Notes under the pieces: model-generated | What the model was told of the DNA's origin: nothing | The model's database searches: none | Seen by the model: the letters and a program-made list of their open reading frames with translations, nothing else | From: Bigelowiella natans CCMP2755 | Taxonomy: Eukaryota; Protista; Cercozoa | Assembly (NCBI GenBank): GCA_000320545.1 | Contig: ADNK01001148.1 | Location: 9,092 to 73,091 of the forward strand | Reading direction: 5' to 3' | Length of the DNA: 64,000 nucleotides | Made by a program: the position numbers and the translations under genes | Shown here: positions 43,310-53,736 of the stretch, one piece after another | How the letters are laid out: every line of letters begins with the position of its first letter | Numbering within the stretch: position 1 is the stretch's first letter

Positions 43310-44017
43310 TCAATTGCAATGCGGCGGGTGCTGAGCATTTCCCAATCTATGTTGTTTTATTCTAAGGTTGGCTTTGTAATGGAACATACACTTGTCAAGG
43401 TCACCTGTAGGATTCGTACGATCCAGAACCAATACGCCATAATCTCTAGTCGTTACCGTTAAGACCTTTGAAAAATCCTGAAAACTATCAAATTGCCCGA
43501 AAAAGTACTCGTACAATTTTTTGCGCGAGTTGCGGATATTATCACGCAAACAAAACACGTAATCGATATTAGAGCGTATATCCGGAGGCAGCACCGTGGC
43601 GTACTGCGATGTGATAAATACAGTTATTCTTTGGTGCCTACCGTTGAAAGAAAGTTCTCGAATATCTTTCGATTTGAATATACTTTTATCAAAAGCAACA
43701 TCGTCTAGTATCAGAAACGCATGAAACTCTTTATTCTGCTTGACCTTTTTCTTAAGAACATCGATGAATTTTTTGACCACATCCGCTCTAAAACCTTCTG
43801 AGTACACAAAAGACTTTGGTATAATTCCATAAAATGCGCGCGCCGTATCTTTCGTAGCGGTCATCAAAACCGCCAGGTTACATTTTGATGAAAGCTGTGA
43901 TAAAATGTCTTTCAGAAGCGTTGTTTTTCCTGTACCTCTACCACCTAAAAGTAAATGTATTCTATGGTTTTTTACATGCTTTGGTACATCAAATTTTTCA
44001 ATTTCAATTGAACGCAT
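43310..44017 (-). CDS. A32-like virion packaging ATPase (FtsK/HerA superfamily, NCLDV type); C-terminus runs into the E1 end
   Basis: Walker A GGRGTGKT, Walker B FLILDD, FNGRHQRITVFITSQY, LPPDIRSNIDYVF, KKLYEYFFG, FHYKA...RLG. Intronless and AT-rich. The last residues (HPPHCN*) are encoded by E1. Confidence 0.9.
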   Translation of the reverse strand: MRSIEIEKFDVPKHVKNHRIHLLLGGRGTGKTTLLKDILSQLSSKCNLAVLMTATKDTARAFYGIIPKSFVYSEGFRADVVKKFIDVLKKKVKQNKEFHAFLILDDVAFDKSIFKSKDIRELSFNGRHQRITVFITSQYATVLPPDIRSNIDYVFCLRDNIRNSRKKLYEYFFGQFDSFQDFSKVLTVTTRDYGVLVLDRTNPTGDLDKCMFHYKANLRIKQHRLGNAQHPPHCN

Positions 44018-44226
44018 GTCAAAAAGAAAAACGTATTGCTAAAAATAAAAAAATTATAAAATTTTCTAATTTTTTTTCACTTTTACTTTAATGTGTGTCT
44101 TTTTTTTCTAATATAAATTTTTGTCCATGCTTTTTTTCACTCGATCTGTTGCTGCTATTTGTGCCATGTATTGCATTCTTTTTTCTAATTCACTTACTTG
44201 ATTGCAACTAACACGCGCACGCGCGA

Positions 44227-44369
44227 GCAAAGAATGTTCATCATGCTATTATGTGTACAATCGCGCAAAGAATGTTCATCATGCTATTATGTATACAATC
44301 GCGCAAAGAATGTTCATCATGCTATTATGTATACAATCGCGCAAAGAATGTTCATCATGCTATTATGTA
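44227..44369. repeat. 38-bp tandem repeat, ~3.8 copies
   Basis: Unit GCAAAGAATGTTCATCATGCTATTATGTATACAATCGC, intergenic between the RING and ATPase genes. Confidence 0.92.
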
Positions 44370-44526
44370 AGATCATGTATTAAATTTTGAACGTCATGCA
44401 TGAAACGATTGATGCAGTAAAAATGATTATTTGATTAAATATCACATCGGAATCAAAATTTTTTTTTCGCGACGTAGCATTTTAATAGCTTCATCAGACA
44501 AATTTATTTTTTTTAATAAAAAAACC

Positions 44527-44910
44527 TTAAATCGGGTGACACATGGCTAGTTCTTTGGATTCCACACGGCATTGTGGACATTTGAGTGAGATTTTGTTCC
44601 ATGCAAGCAGACACGCGGTATGGAACCCGTGCGAGCACTGCATCGACACGCAGACTCTTTCTCCAGGCTTCATGATGTTCATGCAGATGGCGCACGTTTT
44701 GCCGAATAAATGTATCAATTGTTCTAATTTGTGTTTTGCAGGAACGTCGTCAAATTCATTCTTTTCCTTCTTCTTCTTTTTTTCTTTCGTGAGGTCAATG
44801 ACGTCGTCGTCATCTCTCGTGAGATCAATAATGACGTCGTCGTCATCTCCCGTGAGATCGATGACATCTCTTGTTGAGGTATCTGAAGAGTCGGCGTTCT
44901 GAGTGTTCAT
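44527..44910 (-). CDS. SIM-repeat + RING-H2 protein, RNF4-like SUMO-targeted ubiquitin ligase architecture
   Basis: Three (V/I)IDLT motifs flanked by acidic runs; C-terminal CAIC...CSHGFHTAC...CPQC. Confidence 0.8.
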   Translation of the reverse strand: MNTQNADSSDTSTRDVIDLTGDDDDVIIDLTRDDDDVIDLTKEKKKKKEKNEFDDVPAKHKLEQLIHLFGKTCAICMNIMKPGERVCVSMQCSHGFHTACLLAWNKISLKCPQCRVESKELAMCHPI

Positions 44911-45036
44911 ACCGAGAAGGATCTTCTTTTCGATTAAAGATTTATTATAATAGTCGGGAAGTTTGGATTATGATGAGTTGTGTGTGTGTGTGTGTATATA
45001 TTATTTTTTGGTTACTTTTTTATAATTTATTATTCG

Positions 45037-45243
45037 TCATTTGGATTGTGGCTGTGTGTTTTTGAGCTCTATGTTCAGAGTGGTTCGCAACTTTGTATCT
45101 AACTCCTCTTCTACATTCCTCTGTACATTCTTGAGTTTTGCATCCAGAGTGGTTCGCAACTTTCTCTCTAGCTTCTCTTCTACATTCCTCTGTGTATTCT
45201 TGAGTTTTGCATCCAGAGAGCTCTGAAACTTTCTGTCTAGCTT
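45037..45243 (-). pseudogene. C-terminal gene fragment with three 23-aa (69-bp) coiled-coil-like repeats; 5' part replaced by E2
   Basis: KLDRKFQSSLDAKLKNTQRNVEE / KLERKLRTTLDAKLKNVQRNVEE / ELDTKLRTTLNIELKNTQPQSK*. Confidence 0.6.
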
Positions 45244-46337
45244 CGGCTGACGGCTGGCTAGTTGTGATGTCATGATTGCGAGGCGTTGACCGAGTGAGTA
45301 GCTCGCGAGGTTGTGTTGGCGGGTGGGTGGGTGGTCTGCATGGGAGAGAAAGAATTGGCAAGACGAGGCAAAACTGATGCTTTTGAGAATGCCTCTGCTT
45401 CACAGCTTGATGAGACACACTGCATGGCAACCTCACGTTTTTCAATTGTTGACGTTCATAATGATGCTTTTGATTTGATCAGAATCACAAGTGTTTCTTC
45501 ATGTTGATCAGCAGAACGCAGCACGAGCACTTGTGGACTGCCGAATGCATGGAGAAATGGTTCGCATGCGCGCATTTGCGCATCACCCATGCACAATGCA
45601 CGCCTCTGACCACGATGTGCAACAACAACAACAAGACAAAAACGGCGAATCATGGAATCATGAAATGGGTCACAATTTCATGAATCATGCTTGTGCGCTG
45701 GAGCTTTGCATGCAGCATTGTCATTGCATGGTGAACATTGGTGACGCTCTGACACACACGTGTTGCATTTTCATCTGCACATCACACATGGTGTTGCGAC
45801 TGGCACTCTTGAGACAAGCCTGCATGGCTGGCCCAGTTCATGCATGCATGGCACGTCAGTGCTTGCCAGCTGGCTGGCTAGCCAGAGTGGATGATTGCTA
45901 CATTGCACATTGCACGCCCATGCTGGACACAGACACACCAAACCATGCTTGTCATGATGTGCGGAACCTCAGTTTCAATCGTTTCCTCCCTTTTTTTCTT
46001 TTTGATTCTGCAGGATGCTTTGGGAACCGAAGCTTCTTTCTCCAAGCTTCACGGAAAGTTGAGGTTTTGAGAGCTAGTAGAGAGAGGGAGGGAAAGAAGA
46101 GCTTGATGAGAGAGGGAGAGCCAGAACAATGAACAATGAACAATGAAGAAAGCGTTGATCAAAACTACATGCGCCAGAACCACATGGGAGACAGGCATTT
46201 GCACGCAGCAGAGCCAGAGATGAGCCGGATGGCCCATTGAAGTCTGCGAGCAACTTTTTATTCCTAGTCGCACAGGATGGAATCGCAAGACAAAGCGGAT
46301 ATCGCCCCTTTTGCACCCCATACGACATGCGACGACT

Positions 46338-46459
46338 ACGCAATACGGACAAATTCTATAAATTTGCAAGTCTCGGGTTAACGCAATACTGGCAAATTCT
46401 AGAATTTGCAAGTCTCGGGTTAACGCAATACTGGCAAATTCTAGAATTTGCAAGTCTCG
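46338..46459. repeat. 42-bp palindrome-containing tandem repeat, copy in E2
   Basis: Same sequence as 31891-32012. Confidence 0.9.
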
Positions 46460-46826
46460 AATCAAAATTCGGCTTCAGGATGATACTTGAGACACGGTAG
46501 AAAATCATATCGCTCTGTAATTTCGCTAATAAATTGTTTTTAGCTTGTTATTTCCTGGATTAGATCTACCTCGTACCTCAAGATGTTGCCGTGAACAATT
46601 GTTTATTAGATGAATTTACCAGGGAAACATACCCGATAAAATTATTTTTAAAAAAAATTAATAATGATTTTTACGGCTTTTACGACAGGACGGTTTCAAT
46701 GAATCCGCAAATGCCCTGCATTTTATCTCAAGAAGACAACCATTTTCTGTCCCCTTATTTTCTTCTTGAAGCCTCTCGCCTTGGAATTCCACACCTCCCT
46801 GCCCGCTACTCCTCTCCCGACCCTAA

Positions 46827-46874
<48 letters not shown>

Positions 46875-47152
46875 TTCTCTGCAGCTTGCCAATTTCAGAT
46901 GAAGAAGGTGAAGATGAATAGTATTGTTTTTTTTCTTTTGGGAAATGGCATGTGTTTTCTTCTTGTCATTGATTTTTATAAAAACCTATTTTCTTGTTCA
47001 CTGTGTTCCTCCCTAACCCTCCTCTATTAGAGAGAAACAGTTTGTGGTTACAAGAAAAAGACATTTTGTCGATCGATGTATCCATGCTCATATCGTATTT
47101 AAATGACATTTCCGTGTGCGCCAGGTAGGTAAGTAGACCAGGCCCATAAAAG

Positions 47153-47516
47153 ATGAGGATCTTCCTTCCCAAGCCCTCCTTCCTCCTGCTACTCCTGCTA
47201 CTTCCTCAGCTCGTGGTACCTACAAAAGAACGTACTCCATTCTCTCTCCTCTTCTTCTTCCCTCAGGCGCAAAAAAAATAGGGGGGGGGGAGGGGAGGGA
47301 TATCATAAACTACTAAGCCAAATTGTTATACGGTGCCTGCGTTTCCTATTATCTCATGATGATTCAAGTGAGTTTGAGCCGCATTTGCGTATACCTGTTC
47401 CTCCAACACAATCCAACCAAGTGAGCTGAGCCGCGGTTCATCATGTGTGTGTGTGTGTGTGTGTGTGCACGTGAGTATATATGTGTACACGTGAGTATAT
47501 GTGTGTGTGCACGTGA

Positions 47517-47560
<44 letters not shown>

Positions 47561-50500
47561 ACGTGAGTATGTGTGTGTGTGTATCGTATCCCACCGCCGA
47601 GCTGAGCTGTGAATATTCTCTGATGCTCAGCAAGCCACATTTTCCGATAGCCAAGAAAGTCACGACCTCCTTCATGGTGGATTGGAAGACCTTGCAATGA
47701 TCTCGGGTGGATCACGAGGTATGGGTCGTGATAAAGGTCCACGCAAAACGACCCGGCTCTTGACGAATCCGGATTCTTCAGCGACCCAGTCTTCCATGAT
47801 TGCTTGGGGAGGAAATTGCTGGAGGTCGTATGGTGCTGACTTAACGTGTGTGAAGGATGCAATGAAATCCAAGAGGTTTCAGAAAATATATTCTACTGAG
47901 GGAGCATTCGCAGCGCTCACGTCGAACGGTAGCGTGATAACCTGGGGAGATCCTAACTTCGGCGGCAACTCCAGGACCGTGCAATCCGCCCTGGCCGTAG
48001 GTGAGGTCCAGACCATCTATTCTACTTCTACTACTTTTGGAGGTGCATTCGCAGCGCTCACGTCGAACGGTAGCGTGGTCACCTGGGGAAGATCTAGCTA
48101 CGGCGGCAGCTCGAAGACCGTGCGATCCGCCTTGGCAGTAGGTAGGATCCAAACCATCTCTTCTACAACACAAGCATTCGCAGCGGTCACGACAAACGGT
48201 AGCGTGATCACCTGGGGAAGTTCGAACTACGGCGGCAACTTGAAGACCGTGCAATCCGCCTTGGCAGCAAGCAGGGTCCAGACCATCTATTCTACAAATT
48301 CAGCATTCGCAGCGGTCACGTCGAACGGTAGCGTTATCACCTGGGGACATTCTGGCAACGGCGGCAACTCCGAGACCGTGCGATCCGCGTTGGGAGCAGC
48401 TAGGGTCCAGACCATATCTTCTGCTTCTTCAGGTGCATTCGCAGCGCTCACATCAAACGGTAGCGTGATGACCTGGGGAAGTCCTCGCTACGGCGGCGAC
48501 TCTGAGACCGTGCAAGCTGCGTTGACAACAGGCAGGGTCCAGACGATCTATTCTAGTACACATGTATTCGCAGCGGTCACATCGAACGGTAGCGTGATCA
48601 CCTGGGGAGATGATAGCTACGGCGGCAACTCCCGGACCGTGCAATCCGCGCTGGCATTAAGTGGGGTCCAGACGATGTTTTCTAATTGGTACGCATTCGC
48701 AGCAGTCACGTCGAACGGTAGCGTGATTACCTGGGGACATTGGGGCTACGGCGGCGACTCCAGGACCGTGCAACCCGCGCTGGCAAAGGTCCAGACAATT
48801 CATTCTAATCACAATGCATTTGCAGCCGTCACGTCAGACGGTAGCGTGATCACCTGGGGATTTTCTTTGTTCGGCGGCAACTGCAGGACCGTGCAATCCG
48901 CGCTGGCAGTAGCGAGGGTTCAGACCATCTCTTCCACAAAACAAGCATTCGCTGCGGTCACGTCAGACGGTAGCGTGATCACCTGGGGACATTCTGACTC
49001 TGGCGGCAACTCAAGGACCGTGCGATCCGCCTTGGCAGTAGGTAGGGTCCAGACCATCTCTTCTACTTCTAAAGGTGCATTCGCAGCCGTCACATCAGAC
49101 GGTGGTGTAGTCGCTTGGGGCCATGCGGATGCATGTGGTGGTGTCCTACCAAACATGACATCCACAGATGTCAAGGCAGTTTATTCTACGTCTAGGGCGT
49201 TTGCAGCAGTGACTTTCAAGAACAATGTGATCACCTGGGGTCGCATTTCTTCCGGCGGCGACTCTGAGACCGTGCAATCCGCGTTGGCAGTAGGCAGGGT
49301 CCAGACCATCTATTCTACTTCACAAGCATTCGCAGCGGTCACGACGAACGGTAGCGTGGTCACCTGGGGAATTTCTAGCTACGGCGGCAGCTCATGGACC
49401 GTGCAATCCGCGTTGGCAGTAGGCAGGGTCCAGACCATCTATTCCAACCAATGGGCATTCGCAGCGGTCACGACGAACGGTAGCGTGGTCACCTGGGGAA
49501 GTTCTAGCAACGGCGGCAACTCCAGGACCGTGCAATCCGCCCTGGCCGTAGGTGAGGTCCAGACCATCTATTCTACTTCTACTACTTCTGGAGGTGCATT
49601 CGCAGCGCTCACGTCGAACGGTAGCGTGGTCGCTTGGGGAAGTTCTAGCTACGGCGGCAGCTCATGGACTGTGCAATCCGCCTTGACAGCAAGCAGGGTC
49701 CAGACCATCTATTCTACTTCACAAGCATTCGCAGCGGTCACGACGAACGGTAGCGTGGTCACCTGGGGAAGTTCTGGCAACGGTGGCAACTCCAAGACCG
49801 TGCAAGCCGCCTTGGCATTGGCTAGGGTCCAGACCATCTATTCCAACCAATGGGCATTCGCAGCGGCCACGTCAAACGGTAGCGTGGTCACCTGGGGAAG
49901 TTCTAGCTCTGGCGGCAACTCTAAGGCCGTGCAATCAGCCTTGGCAGAAGGTAGGGTCCAGACCATCTCTTCTACTGAAAGAGCATTCGCAGCGCTCACG
50001 ACGAACGGTAGCGTTATCACCTGGGGAAGTTCTATCTCTGGCGGCAACTCCAGGACCGTGCAATCCGCACTGGCAGCAAGTAGGGTCCAGACCATCTATT
50101 CCAACCAATGGGCATTCGCAGCGCTCACGACGAACGGTAGCGTGATCACCTGGGGAAGTTCTCCCTTTGGCGGCAACTCCAGGACCGTGCAAGCGGATTT
50201 GGCAACGGGCAGGGTTGAGGCGATCTATTCCAACAATGGGGCATTTACAGCGTTGTTATCTGATGGTAGTTTGGTGAACTGGGGGGATATGAAATACTAT
50301 GGTGATAGCGTGAATTTGAAGACCAGCCCTGGCGCCAGCATTGTTTCTACTGAATGTGCTTTCGTTGCATATGGAGCAAAAACAAGTTCTCCAACGATGA
50401 GCCCAAGTACTATGAGTCCTACGTCAAGTCCTAGCACTAACATCCCATCTGCAAGCCCCTCAAGTTCTCCAACGATAAGTCCAAGTACTAACACCCCATC

Positions 50501-52170
50501 TGCAAGTCCCTCCACTGGTACGATTTTCTCTTATAGGGATATGTTCTATCATCCTACCTTGACCCTATTTTTTTTCTTTCTTCTTTCCATTAGGCATCCC
50601 AACTGTGAGCTGTCCTGTCCCCCTAATGGCGAGGTTAAAGAAAGAATATTGAACGTTGTAACGAATACAGCGTTGATATTGATTGGTTGTGCAGGTTCAA
50701 CGACCCTATTACCATGATAAATGTGTTTTACAATATACCAACAAACACCCCCGGGTCCGTGGACTTAAACACTGCGTGCAGCCTTCTCCTATACCCCTCA
50801 TCAGTCGCTCTTCTGGGGTAATTAAAAAGATAAATGCATCGGCCTTTTTTTTTGGTTCCTCCCTAATTCCCATTATAAAATCTCAATCCTATCATTTATT
50901 TGTTTAGTGAAAACCCTACCTGTAGCTGGGAATCCCCGACGCAACTGAATCTGCATCTTGGAAGAGGGTTAGTTGTGGAAAATGACTTTTTTGTGTTGGG
51001 TTTGCAGAAAAAGCTTCCTGAATCTCGAAATTTGCAGGTTCCTTGCTGTACCTTCCTCGCTCATAATTACAAAACCGGACATTGTGCGAAGAAAAGGTAT
51101 AGATGTAATTGCCTTCGTATCATCTCACCAGAAAAAGCCCTCTTCACCCCCCCCCCCCCTCCCAAAAAAAAAAAAAGAAAAAATACTGTCATTGTTACAA
51201 TTTTTTTTTTTAATATAAATATAATTCCGAATTATTTATTGCAATCGCTAGGAGCTCCAGTACATGAACCAAAAACTGCAAGGACAGAGCTTCGACTCGG
51301 ACTTCCACCTAACCCGCCAATCGTCTCCATATCAATAGTCAGTGGCATGCTTGAGATCGTTTTCTTCAGATTTCTGGTTCTGCTAATTACAGCGTACAAC
51401 TTATTTTACAACTATAGATTGCGCCAAAAGTGATCGGAACGTGTGATACATCCATCACACTAAACTCCGTTGGAGCTGGAAATGCAGGTGGGGATCCTAG
51501 ATCCTATAGATAATGGTTTATACATGAACTCCAGTTTCTGTCGTCCGTTTCCTGAGGGAGATACAAATTTTACCTATATGTTTCTCAGGACGCCCTTTCG
51601 TCTACAATTGGACATTCATAAGTCTCAACCCCCCCCTCCTCCTCCCCCCTCCCCCCTCGTATTTTGATGCCATAGAATTTCCATGTGCTTGCAAACCCCT
51701 GACCGCGTATTCCCTCTCCTCCTATACGACTCGCTTCTCCTCTGCGATTCGCTCTCCTATACGACTCGCTAGGCTCGAGTTCTCAGCACTCCTCCGCATT
51801 TATCAACTCGGTGCAACAGGCGGTCCGGTCTATCAACGGTTCTCAACCACGCTACTTTCTTAGCCGTCACCAACAGTTCTTATCTTACGAGATTGCGTAC
51901 GCCTCTCAGGAACGCCGGCGTACGTAGCGACAAAGTCCTTTCTCACGGGCAGCACGTATAAGTTCAAGGTTTCTGCGCTAAGCACCCAACAGCTTCATTT
52001 GGAAAACAGTTTTGAAGATATTTTTTAATATTTTACGGCACATATTCATACAAAAGGTCCAAGTGGCAAACTGGCTAGGGATCACAAGCTCTACAACACA
52101 CGTGTTTCGGAAGGTAGGTCGACAAGCTAAGGGCGCCATTGGGATCTGCCTACACATTTCTTTTCTTTTC

Positions 52171-52201
<31 letters not shown>

Positions 52202-53693
52202 GGGGGGGGGGGGGAAAAGAATAGAATCCGTTGGGGGGGGGGGGGGGGAAAAAAAAATTGGTTCTTTGGAATCAGGTATCCAAAACCGTTCCGATACTCC
52301 TTCTTCCAAGCGCAACAAATATAGTTGCAAAACGTAGCGAGTCGTTGAGAATCTCAGTGCAAGTGCGCCCTGCGGAATGCAGCATACCGAAGGTGCGACG
52401 TCTCAGATAACCTCAACCGAACACCGTATGCTCCCTCGCCCTCACATTTTTGTCCTTCTCCTTCTCCCCCCCTTTTGTAACATACATTTCCAGGACGGAG
52501 GCGAGCGTGTTATTTTGTCCACAGTTGCTCAATGGTATCAAACGTCAGGACCATCAGAGGTGAAGTTGGTCTATGAAACTATTTCTGCCTTTTTTTTTTG
52601 GTTGGGGGTCATCATGATGTTTTTCTTTATTTATGCGCCAGGTTGTTATTCCTCAGCCGACCTCAGCTTACCTTCGACTTCCAGCTTTCGTTTTAGATAT
52701 TAACAGTACCTATCAGTTTTCCATGCATGCTAGCACCAAGGACTCACAAGGTGTAATTGTAGAGATGTATAACGATCAACCCATACCCAAACAAGGAGGC
52801 TAAGGCATAACAAACTATCTCCCAGGTTATGCTGTCGGGGACACCAATGTAACGTTCACAGTCCACATCTCCGATGAGCCTGTAAGAGCAGTTATTTCTG
52901 GCGGTTCGGAGCGACTGGTATCACTCTCCGCAGGACCCAACATTACGTTTGAAGGAGGAGAATCGGTCGATCCAGCGTACATTTCTTCCCGGTTATCGTT
53001 TAACTGGTCGCTCACTAACGTTGCCAACGGAAACCCTCTTCCGCTACGGGCTATCAGCAGCACAGCAGCCCTCGTTTCCACCGATATTCTCATAGCCAAC
53101 CAAACGTACTTGCTAGAGCTTGTCACGACCAGCAACGCCTCTAGATGGGACAGATCGGGCAGGACACAGCAGATCATTCGCACTACAGACGCCGACATTC
53201 CTTTCGTCTCGATACGAGCAAGTTCCGGTCTCTACCACAACGTCCAGACGAAGTTGTCTTTATCTGCAGGTACGCAAAACGAAATCGCATTCTAAATTTG
53301 TGGTTAATTCATGAAATCATAATGTTCATAGTGCTGAGAAACGGAAACGCATCAAAGGCAGGGGGGGGACTCGGTTTCGGCCAGCAGTGGTCGTGTACCT
53401 CCGCCAATTTCAACCTTTCGGACAGCCGAAATCTGCTCTCAGGGACCACCGCAGAGAACTTGGTCATACGACCGAATGCGCTGGCTCCCGGGAGTACATA
53501 TTCATTCGCTGTCCGGGCTTGGTATTCGGCTGAGGAGGGATACCAACATGGAGAAGCCAGCATCGTCGTCAAGACCAACTATCCACCGGTGTTTGGTAAT
53601 ATGTGGAGAGAAAAGAGAGAAAGAAATGGAGGGGATAGAGATGAGAGAGAGAGAGAGAAAGAAAGAAATGGAGGGGATAGAGATGAGAGAAAA

Positions 53694-53736
<43 letters not shown>

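Larger units (their letters stand above)
30797..43336 (+). repeat. 12.5 kb direct repeat, copy 1 (E1)
   Basis: Begins CGGCTGACGGCTGGCTAG and ends GCGGCGGGTGCTGAGC; matches 45244-57703. Confidence 0.96.
43337..45243. mobile_element. 1.9 kb endogenous giant-virus-like fragment (spacer S)
   Basis: AT-rich and intronless, with three co-oriented minus-strand ORFs including the A32 ATPase. Both ends fall inside ORFs. Confidence 0.75.

Noticed and set aside
44227-44369. CRISPR array (38-bp repeats)
   Set aside because: Head-to-tail repeats with no spacers.
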